Below are positions 27,168-36,213 of a DNA stretch of 64,000 bases, in pieces. Position numbers and translations under genes: made by a program. The DNA comes from Candidatus Woesearchaeota archaeon (GTDB lineage: Archaea; Nanobdellota; Nanobdellia; Woesearchaeales; GW2011-AR9). Numbering within the stretch: the stretch's first letter is position 1; every line of letters starts with the position of its first letter. Below the pieces are notes generated by a model. That model saw only the letters and a list, made by a program, of their open reading frames with translations. It ran no database searches and was not told the origin of the DNA. The stretch lies in the NCBI GenBank assembly GCA_018696595.1, contig JABHQW010000001.1, positions 1 to 64,000 of the forward strand, read 5' to 3'.

Positions 27168-27407
27168 ATGAGAAGAATGATTACTGATAAAAAGCGTGAA
27201 GAAGATTTAGCTAATGAAGTTATAGAAGATTTGGAACATTGGACAAATCCATATAATGGTGCAGTTAATTCAAGTACAACTTATCAACAACTAGGCGTTG
27301 GATTTTTTGCTGCTGAACCAGACTCACAAGAATTATTGGATCAAGGATTTAATAATCGTGTTGATGGCTCATATTTTAGAAATAATCGAATTGAAGAGGA
27401 TGAATAA
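27168..27407 (+). CDS. Hypothetical acidic protein
   Basis: 79 aa, GAGGT SD. Confidence 0.6.
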   Translation: MRRMITDKKREEDLANEVIEDLEHWTNPYNGAVNSSTTYQQLGVGFFAAEPDSQELLDQGFNNRVDGSYFRNNRIEEDE

Positions 27408-27408
27408 A

Positions 27409-27843
27409 ATGAAAATATTAGAAAAAATTGTTAATGCAGGAAAATACATTGCAGGAACCGCTAGTCTTTTAGCTATGGCCAGCGGATGTGCAACTACTAC
27501 AACTTATGATGTAAACCAATTCTGTGGAAAAATGCCATTTCAAGATGGAACAGTAAAAGAAGCCGTAAAGAGAGTTGATGACCGAGGTATTGAGATATCA
27601 TATTTAAGAGTAGAAAATGATTCAGAAATATTTGAAAAGATGGATTATGATGGAGATGGATTTTCTGAAACTCAAGTTTATAGGAAAACTCACTCAGATG
27701 GTTCAAAAACTTTTGTAAGATGTGCAAATGATGAAGGAGTTTTGAATGGTCAAGTAACAAAAAAAGGAGCTTGGACTTTAAGTCAAACTGAAAAGAATGC
27801 CGCAGGAGAAATAGTTAAAGAAGATTATCAAATTGCTAGATAA
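27409..27843 (+). CDS. Putative lipoprotein
   Basis: Start reassigned to ATG 27409; signal peptide with ASGC lipobox. Confidence 0.65.
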   Translation: MKILEKIVNAGKYIAGTASLLAMASGCATTTTYDVNQFCGKMPFQDGTVKEAVKRVDDRGIEISYLRVENDSEIFEKMDYDGDGFSETQVYRKTHSDGSKTFVRCANDEGVLNGQVTKKGAWTLSQTEKNAAGEIVKEDYQIAR

Positions 27844-28027
27844 AATGACAGGAATCAAATACCAAAAACCAGTACTTGAAACAAGACCATTATTTGAACC
27901 TTCTGGGCAAGTTGATTTAGATGCTTTTTATATTGCGGCGAAAGTTATTGATGAAAAGAAATATGTTAAGATGTATCAAAGAGAATTAAAAGCAGTAATG
28001 GCAGATAAATTAAATAAAGAGGAATAA
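27833..28027 (+). CDS. Hypothetical protein
   Basis: 64 aa, tightly packed in the operon. Confidence 0.55.
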   Translation: MLDKMTGIKYQKPVLETRPLFEPSGQVDLDAFYIAAKVIDEKKYVKMYQRELKAVMADKLNKEE

Positions 28028-28030
28028 AAA

Positions 28031-28672
28031 ATGACATACCAAATACATGATGTTAACACAATAAAAGCTCGCTTCGGAGAATCAGCAGAAGCATTTGAAC
28101 AAGGACTTAATTTTCAACATTCAGATTCAATTTTCTTGAGAGTAAAACAAAGGTCAGTAAATCCAGAAGAGATGGACTGTAGTTTAGAAGGAATGGACTT
28201 ACTAATCTCTGGAAACCATTATGAAGCAGAAGAGGGTGAACTTGTTGAGTTAGATTATGAGAATGAAACTTGGCACAAACCAGTTCAAGGGCAGAAAGTA
28301 GAAGTTCCTTTTAAGGGTACAGTACAAGTAACCCATCTTGGAGAAGATTCTGTTCGTCCCCCATTTCAGATAAAGGAAGGAGAATTTGATTATAGTAAAA
28401 CCACATTTTTATTTCAAAGAGAAGATTGCCCTGATTTATATTTCTTAGGAGACTCTTTGAGAGGAGCTTACGGAACAGTTGGCTTAAGTCAAGAAATTGT
28501 GGATGAATTAAGTAAAGAAAATGCATTATACAAAGTTCTTACAGAAGAACCAATAACATTAGGCCCAAAACAAACATTAATAGTGCCTCACGAAGGAATT
28601 GTTAGAGTTAGTTTAGAAGCAAGATTAAATGATCCAGATAAAGAAGTTGTTGTTAAAGGTTCAGGGATTTAA
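28031..28672 (+). CDS. Hypothetical acidic protein
   Basis: 213 aa, GAGG SD. Confidence 0.7.
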   Translation: MTYQIHDVNTIKARFGESAEAFEQGLNFQHSDSIFLRVKQRSVNPEEMDCSLEGMDLLISGNHYEAEEGELVELDYENETWHKPVQGQKVEVPFKGTVQVTHLGEDSVRPPFQIKEGEFDYSKTTFLFQREDCPDLYFLGDSLRGAYGTVGLSQEIVDELSKENALYKVLTEEPITLGPKQTLIVPHEGIVRVSLEARLNDPDKEVVVKGSGI

Positions 28673-28776
28673 TTTTAATTTTCTTTCTCTTTTTTTCCGC
28701 AATATTTATATATATAACAACTATTTTCAACATAAAATAATGATAGATGTGATAAAGCATTCTGAAGGTGTTTAAT

Positions 28777-29412
28777 ATGAATGAACAATTAAAAACTGGT
28801 ACTACTACGGTAGGAATTGTATGTAAAGACGGAATTGTTTTAGCGGCTGATAAAAGAGCAACCGCAGGAACAATGATCGTGGACAAAAGAGCAGACAAAG
28901 TACACATAATCAATGACGATTTTGCTGTAACTTGGGCTGGGACTGTTTCAGATGCGCAATTAGTAACTAAGTTACTAAAAGCAGAACTAAAACTGAAAGA
29001 AGTTAAAACTAACAAAAGACCAACTGCAAAAGAAGCAGCTAATTTATTGGGTGGATTATTATATTCAAGTATTAGAAGGCCAAGCATGATTCCAAGCATT
29101 GCTCATTTTTTGATGGGTGGAAAAGATACAAGTGGGATTCATCTTTACGATTTATTCCCTGATGGCAGTGTAACAAAAATAACCGACTTTGTATCTTCGG
29201 GATCTGGAAGTGTATTCGCTTTAGGAGTATTAGAAACACAATACACTCAAGATATGACTACAGAGAAAGGTGTTGAATTAGTAGTAAAAGCTATCAATAC
29301 CGCCTTACAGAGGGATTCCTGTTCTGGAAACGGAATTGACGTAGTTGTAGTTAAGATGGAAGACATCAAGAAGGTGATGCACAAAGAAATAAGTTACAGT
29401 TTATTAAATTAA
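28777..29412 (+). CDS. psmB: Proteasome subunit beta
   Basis: KTG/TTTVG processing site, AADKRAT, SGSG; ATG 28777 after GAAGGTG. Confidence 0.97.
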   Translation: MNEQLKTGTTTVGIVCKDGIVLAADKRATAGTMIVDKRADKVHIINDDFAVTWAGTVSDAQLVTKLLKAELKLKEVKTNKRPTAKEAANLLGGLLYSSIRRPSMIPSIAHFLMGGKDTSGIHLYDLFPDGSVTKITDFVSSGSGSVFALGVLETQYTQDMTTEKGVELVVKAINTALQRDSCSGNGIDVVVVKMEDIKKVMHKEISYSLLN

Positions 29413-29604
29413 ATTTTATCTTCATAAAAAGGCGCAAGTGCTTTTTTATGACTTTTTTCATATTCACTTTAAATATTCTTAAAAGAATTAAACAATGAGG
29501 ACCCAATAAAATAAGGGTAAAATAAAACAAAAATGGCAGACATAAAGAAAAATTTTCAATTTTTAAATGTCGGCCATTTGGAAAATAAATAAAAGGAAAA
29601 TAAA

Positions 29605-31494
29605 ATGGCAGATATATTAAAAGAAATTATTAAAGTACTACCACACAATAAAATATCAGATGCAGCTTATGAAGCAGCAAACATCGTACTTTACACTAAA
29701 GATAAAGATTACTTCTTAGACAATAAAGGAACAATCAGAGAAGCAGTTAAACAATTCAAAAAAAGAATTGAACTTAGACCAGACCCATCAATGTGTATGG
29801 AAATGGAAAAAGCAGAAAAACTAATCAAAACACTAATTCCAAAAGAAGCAGGAGCACAAAATTTCATTTTTGATGCACCAAGATCACAATTAATTATTCA
29901 TGCTGATAAACCAGGCGTAGTTATTGGAAAACAAGGAGAAATTCTGAAAGGTATTAAAGAAAAAACAATGTGGGTACCATTAATTAAAAGAAACCCACCA
30001 ATAAGATCAAAACTAATTGAAAGTATTCGTTCAGTATTATATGAAAACGCTGATTATAGAAAAAAGTTCTTAGATAAAACCGGTCATCGAGTTTATGATG
30101 GTTGGTTAAGAGAAAAAAAACACGAATGGGTAAGATTAAGTTTCTTAGGAGCAGCAAGACAAGTAGGAAGAGCTTGCTTATTATTACAAACACCAGAATC
30201 AAGAATAATTATGGATTGTGGGATTGATCCCAGTCAAGATGGACCAGAATCTTATCCTTACTTAGATGCACCAGAATTTAACATTGATGAAATTGATGCA
30301 GTTATTGTAACACATTCACATTTAGACCATAGTGGTTTAATTCCTTACTTGTTTAAGTATGGATATAAGGGTCCCGTTTATTGTACCTTGCCAACAAGAG
30401 ATGTAATGTCCTTATTACAGTTAGACATGGTTAAGATTCAAAGAAATGAAGGTAAAGACCCAATTTACACTAGTGAAGAAGTTAGAGACATGGTTTTACA
30501 TACAATCTGCTTAGAGTTTGATGCAGTTACAGATATCACACCGGATGTAAGGATTACTCTTTACAATGCGGGACACATCTTAGGAAGTTCATTGGTTCAT
30601 TTGAATATTGGTAATGGTTTGCATAACATTGTTTTTACTGGCGATTTAAAGTATGGTCGAACAAACGTTCTAGAAGCAGCAAATACTCAATTTCCAAGAG
30701 TAGAAACTTTAATTATGGAATCCACTTATGGTGGAAAAGATAACGTTATGAACGAACAAGAAGCTGATGCATATATGGTTGATGTTGTTAAGAAGACCTT
30801 TGAACGTGGTGGAAAAGTTTTAATGCCCGTTCTTGGAAGTGGAAGAGCACAAGAAGTAATGATTATTGTTGAAAGGTTAATGAGAGAAAAGAAAATCCCT
30901 CAGGTGCCCGTATATTTAGATGGAATGTTATGGGACATCACAGCAATCCATACAGCCTATCCGGAATTCTTAAACAGAAACATTAGGCAACAGATCTTTC
31001 ATAAAGAAAATAATCCGTTCTTATCTGAAATATTTAAAAGAGTAGGATCTAAAAAAGAACGGGACCAGATTATTGCGGAAGAAGGTGCTTGCTTAATTCT
31101 AGCAACATCAGGAATGTTACAGGGCGGACCATCTGTAGAATATTTAAAACATCTGGCAGAAGGTAAAAAACATAGTTTAGTATTTTCTTGTTATCAGCCA
31201 CCTGGAAGTTTAGGACATCGTATTAGGGGTGGAGAAACCGAGATTATGATGAGAGAAAATGGTAAACAGCAAGTTCTTAGAATCAATATGGATGTGCACA
31301 AAGTTGAGATTACTAACCATTCAGATAGAAAGCAATTGATGAACTATGTTAAGAGATGTAACCCAACTCCAAGAAAAGTGATTTTAATGCATGGTGAGAG
31401 TTCTAGATGTCTAGACTTAGCTTCGTCTTTACATAAACAGATGAGAATTGAAACTAATGCACCTAAGAATTTAGAAGTTATTCGAATTAGGTAA
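29605..31494 (+). CDS. Beta-CASP ribonuclease aCPSF1 (FttA)
   Basis: KH-like N-terminus, THSHLDH, AGHILG, ESTYG, HSDR, HGE; synteny with psmB. Confidence 0.97.
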   Translation: MADILKEIIKVLPHNKISDAAYEAANIVLYTKDKDYFLDNKGTIREAVKQFKKRIELRPDPSMCMEMEKAEKLIKTLIPKEAGAQNFIFDAPRSQLIIHADKPGVVIGKQGEILKGIKEKTMWVPLIKRNPPIRSKLIESIRSVLYENADYRKKFLDKTGHRVYDGWLREKKHEWVRLSFLGAARQVGRACLLLQTPESRIIMDCGIDPSQDGPESYPYLDAPEFNIDEIDAVIVTHSHLDHSGLIPYLFKYGYKGPVYCTLPTRDVMSLLQLDMVKIQRNEGKDPIYTSEEVRDMVLHTICLEFDAVTDITPDVRITLYNAGHILGSSLVHLNIGNGLHNIVFTGDLKYGRTNVLEAANTQFPRVETLIMESTYGGKDNVMNEQEADAYMVDVVKKTFERGGKVLMPVLGSGRAQEVMIIVERLMREKKIPQVPVYLDGMLWDITAIHTAYPEFLNRNIRQQIFHKENNPFLSEIFKRVGSKKERDQIIAEEGACLILATSGMLQGGPSVEYLKHLAEGKKHSLVFSCYQPPGSLGHRIRGGETEIMMRENGKQQVLRINMDVHKVEITNHSDRKQLMNYVKRCNPTPRKVILMHGESSRCLDLASSLHKQMRIETNAPKNLEVIRIR

Positions 31495-31626
31495 GTGTTA
31501 GCAATCGCACTACCGCCAATGGAGGCGATTTTCTGAATATGTTCTCAAGATTACTAATACATGAAGCAACGCGAAGTGCTTGAGAACTGAGGAAAATAAT
31601 AAACGCCGTGCCGTAGTGCTATTTTT
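31495..31626 (+). ncRNA. Structured intergenic element E2 (candidate ncRNA)
   Basis: Helices GCACTAC/GTAGTGC, GGCG/CGCC, ATTTTCT/GGAAAAT, GTTCTCAAG/CTTGAGAAC; shares GTGTTAG, GAGGCG and CGCCGTGCC with E1. Confidence 0.6.
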
Positions 31627-31680
31627 TCATTGAATTTTACCTAAACTTTTATAAACCGCTTTATTTCTTTATCTTTTATT

Positions 31681-31832
31681 GCCAGCGTCGCATAATCCGG
31701 TATTGCGCTGGTCTTGAAACCTTTGGTTTTGACCTAATACCAGATAACCAGTTCCTTTTGGAATTCCCGGTTCAAATATCCCCCAGGGAGACTACAAATC
31801 TTCCTGAAGATTTGAAAGTCCGGGCGCTGGCG
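31681..31832 (+). tRNA. tRNA-Ser(TGA) with anticodon-loop intron (31719-31745, 27 nt) and T-loop intron (31777-31818, 42 nt)
   Basis: Spliced 83-nt cloverleaf with long variable arm: GCCAGCG/CGCTGGC, CTGGT-CTTGAAA-ACCAG, CCCGG-TTCAAAT-CCGGG. Confidence 0.92.
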
Positions 31833-31858
31833 CTTTTATTCTTCACTCAATAGTGATA

Positions 31859-31880
31859 AAATAAACGAAAGGTTTATAAA
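31859..31880 (+). promoter_or_regulatory. BRE-TATA promoter AAATAAACGAAAGGTTTATAAA
   Basis: Consensus BRE+TATA just upstream of the Fic gene. Confidence 0.7.
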
Positions 31881-31902
31881 GAGTTAAGTCAACAATAAGA
31901 CT

Positions 31903-32910
31903 ATGTTTACACTACAACCCCAAATTGGTGAAGCTAGAAGAAAAAAAGAAGCAATTCTTAGGAACCCCGAATATTCTAGAAGCAAAAGAACTCAATTTAC
32001 AAACATGCTCCAACTAGAATCTAATGTGAATTCTGCAATTATGGAAATTGCAAGTGGTAGTACTGAAATGGGTGTAACTAAATCTAGTACTGGCGATGTT
32101 GATTCTCCTCATGTATTAAAAAGAAATGTGGAAGATATATGGAAGTGGTTATTAGAAGAAACAGAAGACAAGATATCAATAGACCAACCAAATATTATTG
32201 CTTTAGCAAAAAAATTTAGCCCAATGAATACTAATTTCAATTATCGTCAAGACAGAGTACATATGAAAGGATTACAATATGCGCCACCTAACCCCTTAAA
32301 AGTACCAGAATTAATGGATAGTGTGGAACACCACATCTCATGTCAAGACATTAATCCATTAGAAAGAGCTTTAATAGCACATTTCCATATAACTAGAATC
32401 CAACCTTTTAATGATGGTAATAAAAGAACAGCAAGAATGGTACAAAATTTAATTTTACATAAAAATGATTATGTGCCAATTTTAATTAAAGAAGGAGAAA
32501 GAAGTTTTTATATAGACTTATTAGAATCTGCAATGATAGCCTTTAAAGATCGGACTTCAAGTTTAGCCCCAGGATCAGAATCATGTTTTACTCCTGAATT
32601 ATCTCAACAAGAAAGACAATTCTTTAGCTATTTGGTTGCCAAAGAAGTATCTGCATTAGATGATGTCAAAGATCATTTAGCGAAAAATAGAGAATATTTA
32701 GTTACAATGGGAAGACAAGAACCAGGAGTACTTTACGCAGGTAAAAAATTAATCAAAGGATTTTTCAGAAAAAGAGATTTAAATGGCAGAGTTAAACTAA
32801 ATCAGCAAGAACGTTATTTAAAGATTTTCGGAGATATTAGCAGAGATCAAGTAGAAACAATATTAGATAGCAAACCGGGCCAATACGAACTAAAAACAAT
32901 TACAGACTAA
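31903..32910 (+). CDS. Fic-family protein with variant motif QPFNDGNKRTAR
   Basis: Fic core with His->Gln and GNG->GNK changes. Confidence 0.85.
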   Translation: MFTLQPQIGEARRKKEAILRNPEYSRSKRTQFTNMLQLESNVNSAIMEIASGSTEMGVTKSSTGDVDSPHVLKRNVEDIWKWLLEETEDKISIDQPNIIALAKKFSPMNTNFNYRQDRVHMKGLQYAPPNPLKVPELMDSVEHHISCQDINPLERALIAHFHITRIQPFNDGNKRTARMVQNLILHKNDYVPILIKEGERSFYIDLLESAMIAFKDRTSSLAPGSESCFTPELSQQERQFFSYLVAKEVSALDDVKDHLAKNREYLVTMGRQEPGVLYAGKKLIKGFFRKRDLNGRVKLNQQERYLKIFGDISRDQVETILDSKPGQYELKTITD

Positions 32911-33359
32911 AATCTTTTTTCTAACCTTAAAGAACCGTCAACAGAAACAAATCCATGTTTTTCAGTCCAATAAGTTTTAGCACCAGTATCTTTATCAGCA
33001 ACTAAAGAAACACTTTCAAAACCAAACTTTCTTGCAGTTTCCATTAGATCAGAAATAAAACCGGTTCCAATCCTCTGACCCGAATACTCTTCTTTAATAT
33101 AAGCATTCTCAATCCCCAATCTTCCAGATAAATCAATATTAACTAACATGCCCGGTAAAGAAGAATTTGAGTCAACTTCTTGATCTTCAAATAATAGATT
33201 CCCGGAATCATCATAAAGATTAACACCCACACAGATCTTACCATTATCACCTATTGAATGTGGAACAATCTCGGTTCTTGAAGAATCAACAGCAGGATGT
33301 TCAAAAGATTGCATTTGTTTAGCAAACAAACCAACAACAGCAAGATTATAAGAAACCAT
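32907..33359 (-). CDS. GNAT-family acetyltransferase
   Basis: Motif A YSGQRIGT; YWTEKHGF. Confidence 0.75.
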   Translation of the reverse strand: MVSYNLAVVGLFAKQMQSFEHPAVDSSRTEIVPHSIGDNGKICVGVNLYDDSGNLLFEDQEVDSNSSLPGMLVNIDLSGRLGIENAYIKEEYSGQRIGTGFISDLMETARKFGFESVSLVADKDTGAKTYWTEKHGFVSVDGSLRLEKRF

Positions 33360-33384
33360 TTTAAATCATAAATTATCAGAAATT

Positions 33385-33699
33385 TTAAACATCAACCATC
33401 TCAATCTCAATATTAAGATTTTCAGGAATTGGAACCCTCATCACCAAACGAAGAGTTCTTTCATCAGCAGAAATATCAATCAAACGTTTGTGGATACGCA
33501 TTTCATAACGTTCCCAAGAAGCTTTTCCATCCCCGCAAGGACTTTTTCGAGAAGTAACTTTTAATTTTTTTGTAGGCAAAGGAATAGGGCCACGTAAATT
33601 TACGCCAGTCTTATTAGCTATTTCATTAATATCTCCACAGATCTGATTGATCTTATCAATATCGATACTTGCTAGTTTTATTCTTGCTCTTTGCGCCAT
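33385..33699 (-). CDS. rpsJ: 30S ribosomal protein S10
   Basis: RGPIPLPTK, EMRIHKRLI. Confidence 0.98.
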   Translation of the reverse strand: MAQRARIKLASIDIDKINQICGDINEIANKTGVNLRGPIPLPTKKLKVTSRKSPCGDGKASWERYEMRIHKRLIDISADERTLRLVMRVPIPENLNIEIEMVDV

Positions 33700-33823
33700 T
33701 GTTATTTATTTTTGACATGATAATTTTAAATCATCATGAGTTACTCATTTGGGACCCCGGTTCTTTATAAGTGTTTTGGTTTAACCTTCAAAAAATAAAA
33801 GAAGGTAAAAAAAATAAAAATTT

Positions 33824-35116
33824 TTACATCTCTTTCTTAACTAATTCCTGACACATACCAGCTGCTACAGTAACACCAGAATCCCGGATTGCGAATCTAC
33901 TCATCTGAGGGATTTCAGAGTTTTTCTCAATAACTAGTGGTTGTACAGGTCTCAATCTTACGATTGCTGCATCGCCGTTTCTTAAGATGTCTTTATTCTC
34001 AGTAACCTCGTTACCAGTTGCAGGATCCATTTTCTTAATAATCTCTACAAATTGGCAAGCAATCTGTGCTGTGTGAATATGGAATACTGGAGTATAACCA
34101 ACAGTTACAACACTAGGATGGCTCATGATTACAATTTGTGCAGTGAATTCAGTTGCTACACTAGGAGGTGCATCAGCAGGGCCGATAACGTCTCCACGAG
34201 CGATGTCTTTCTTTCCGAATCCTCTAACGTTAAATCCAATGTTATCACCAGGTCCAGCTTGCTGAACTTGTTCGTGATGCATTTCAATAGATTTACATTC
34301 GCCAGGAACTCCTTTACCTTCTCTTCCAGGAACTGCAATAATCTTGTCACCAATCTTCATAATACCAGTTTCAATTCTTCCAACAGGAACAACTCCGATA
34401 CCAGTAATATTGTAAACATCCTGTAAAGGAAGTCTTAATGGTAAATCGGTTGGTTTTTGAGGAACCTCAAACTTATCAATTGCTTGTAATAAATTGTCTC
34501 CAGTCCACCAAGGCATTTTCTCAGTTTTCTTAGCAATATTATCTCCAGGTAAGGAAGCAATAGGTAAGAAAGCAATCTTATCAGGTGCCCATCCAGCTTG
34601 AGCTGCATGTTTTTTAACTTCTTCTACAACAGCTTTGTATCTGTCTTCAGAATAATCTACACCAGAAATGTCCATCTTGTTAACAGCAACAATTAATTGG
34701 CCTACTCCAAAGATCTTGGATAATTTCAAATGTTCAATAGTTTGTGCATTAACACCATCGTTAGCTGCAACAACTAAAACAGCACAGTCAGCTTGAGCTG
34801 CACCAGTAATCATGTTTTTAATAAAGTCTCTGTGCCCAGGAGCGTCGATAACAGTAAAGTAATATTTGTCTGTATCGAATCTTTTGTGAGCCAAGTCGAT
34901 TGTAACTCCTCTTTCCTGTTCTTCTTTTAAGTTATCCATAACGAAAGCAAACTCGAATCCTTTTTTACCAAGTTGTTCAGCTTTCTCTTTTAATTTTCTC
35001 ATAGTTTGTTCGTCAATATTTCCTGCGTCGAACAATAATCTACCTACAGTTGTGGATTTACCGTGATCTACGTGACCGATAAATACCAAGTTAATATGTT
35101 CTTTTTCTTTTGCCAT
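33824..35116 (-). CDS. tuf: Translation elongation factor EF-1 alpha
   Basis: [28 protein letters not shown]. Confidence 0.98.
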   Translation of the reverse strand: MAKEKEHINLVFIGHVDHGKSTTVGRLLFDAGNIDEQTMRKLKEKAEQLGKKGFEFAFVMDNLKEEQERGVTIDLAHKRFDTDKYYFTVIDAPGHRDFIKNMITGAAQADCAVLVVAANDGVNAQTIEHLKLSKIFGVGQLIVAVNKMDISGVDYSEDRYKAVVEEVKKHAAQAGWAPDKIAFLPIASLPGDNIAKKTEKMPWWTGDNLLQAIDKFEVPQKPTDLPLRLPLQDVYNITGIGVVPVGRIETGIMKIGDKIIAVPGREGKGVPGECKSIEMHHEQVQQAGPGDNIGFNVRGFGKKDIARGDVIGPADAPPSVATEFTAQIVIMSHPSVVTVGYTPVFHIHTAQIACQFVEIIKKMDPATGNEVTENKDILRNGDAAIVRLRPVQPLVIEKNSEIPQMSRFAIRDSGVTVAAGMCQELVKKEM

Positions 35117-35294
35117 TTTATTCCTCCATTTTTATACTATAATAAGTATAATTGTTTAAGTTTGTTTTTGGCGGGTTTATTTATAAAGGTTTCTGAAATT
35201 TTAGTTTAAAATCTCTGAAAAACTAAGAAAAATGTTATTTTTCTGTATAGTTTTGGTAAAAAGTAATAGAAACCGAGAGAGATAAAATGAATTT

Positions 35295-36122
35295 TTATTC
35301 TTCTTTCCCTATGTGTAACTGACTAAAATAATCATAAGCCAGTTTACGGGCTTCATTCATCATTCTTCTAATTTTATCTTCTGGTAAAGGAATTAAGTCT
35401 TCTTCTGGAGTAATTTCCGCTTCGACAAAATGTGTTCCCCCGCTTGAATCAAAATAAACAGATCTTTCTCCATTTACAATATGTGCATTTTTTAGTCTTT
35501 CTTCAAGTTCTTCGCAAAAGAATTTATTTAAGTCTGGTTTATCTCCTTGAATTCTTTGAGAATACTTCACTAATTGAGAAAAAAAGTCTAATCCTTTTTG
35601 GTAAGGATTATCAAGTATTAATTTCTTTTCCGACCCAATATAATTATCGGCTTTAAGTCGTGCCAATTCATCTATACTTTTTTCTTTAACATCCCTAACT
35701 AAACTCTCTAAATCACTTTCATCAGGAAACCGAGAACGAATTAATCCTAAAAAGATTTCTGCTAATTCATTGGAATCAGTCTCTCCATAAGATATTAATC
35801 CACCAATAAAAGTTAACATTCTCCCTTTGTTATCACTTCCAACTATTCCTTTCTGGATTCCACTTATAGTTGTATAACTTCCTTCATCTTTTTTCAATAA
35901 AAAGAGTGAACTTTCCAAACCCTCTGATTCTGAACTAGGAACAGCCATGTATAAAAGGACAGATTCATCGTTTAATTGATACTGAAAAACAATTTCAGGA
36001 CTAGAAACAATCTTAAAATAAGGTCCAAGACATCTTGCAGAATATTCTTTTGTAGTTTCATTAAATTGAAGTTTAAAATCTCTGTCTTCAACTTTCTCCC
36101 ATTGGTAATCTTTATCAACCAT
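35295..36122 (-). CDS. Hypothetical protein inserted between fusA and tuf
   Basis: 275-aa ORF with its own TATA-like upstream sequence. Confidence 0.7.
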   Translation of the reverse strand: MVDKDYQWEKVEDRDFKLQFNETTKEYSARCLGPYFKIVSSPEIVFQYQLNDESVLLYMAVPSSESEGLESSLFLLKKDEGSYTTISGIQKGIVGSDNKGRMLTFIGGLISYGETDSNELAEIFLGLIRSRFPDESDLESLVRDVKEKSIDELARLKADNYIGSEKKLILDNPYQKGLDFFSQLVKYSQRIQGDKPDLNKFFCEELEERLKNAHIVNGERSVYFDSSGGTHFVEAEITPEEDLIPLPEDKIRRMMNEARKLAYDYFSQLHIGKEE

Positions 36123-36213
36123 TACGGTAAACTAAGAAGCAGGAATATATAAAAGTTATGATACAATCACTAAAGAGTTAAAAAATATAAAAAAGAAAAG
36201 AAAAAAAGAAAAT

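Noticed and set aside
26572-28760. Integrative element with a duplicated tRNA-Thr 3' end
   Set aside because: No second copy of the tRNA 3' end and no integrase found at the far boundary, so it is not called a mobile element.
31561-31582. ATGAAGCAAC..GTGC inside E2 as a SAM-I riboswitch, or GAAGCAAC as SRP helix 8
   Set aside because: Only a fragment matches; the SAM-I P1/P2/pseudoknot elements and the SRP CCAGG..GNRA arm are absent.
31777-31821. GAGACTACA...AGTCC in the T-loop introns as a group I intron P7 remnant
   Set aside because: The introns are only 35-42 nt, the AGTC partner includes exon bases, and BHB-type splicing explains them.
33720-33775. Small hairpins and an ATGATGA (box C-like) upstream of rpsJ
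   Set aside because: AT-rich short stems with no matching box D; not distinguishable from chance.
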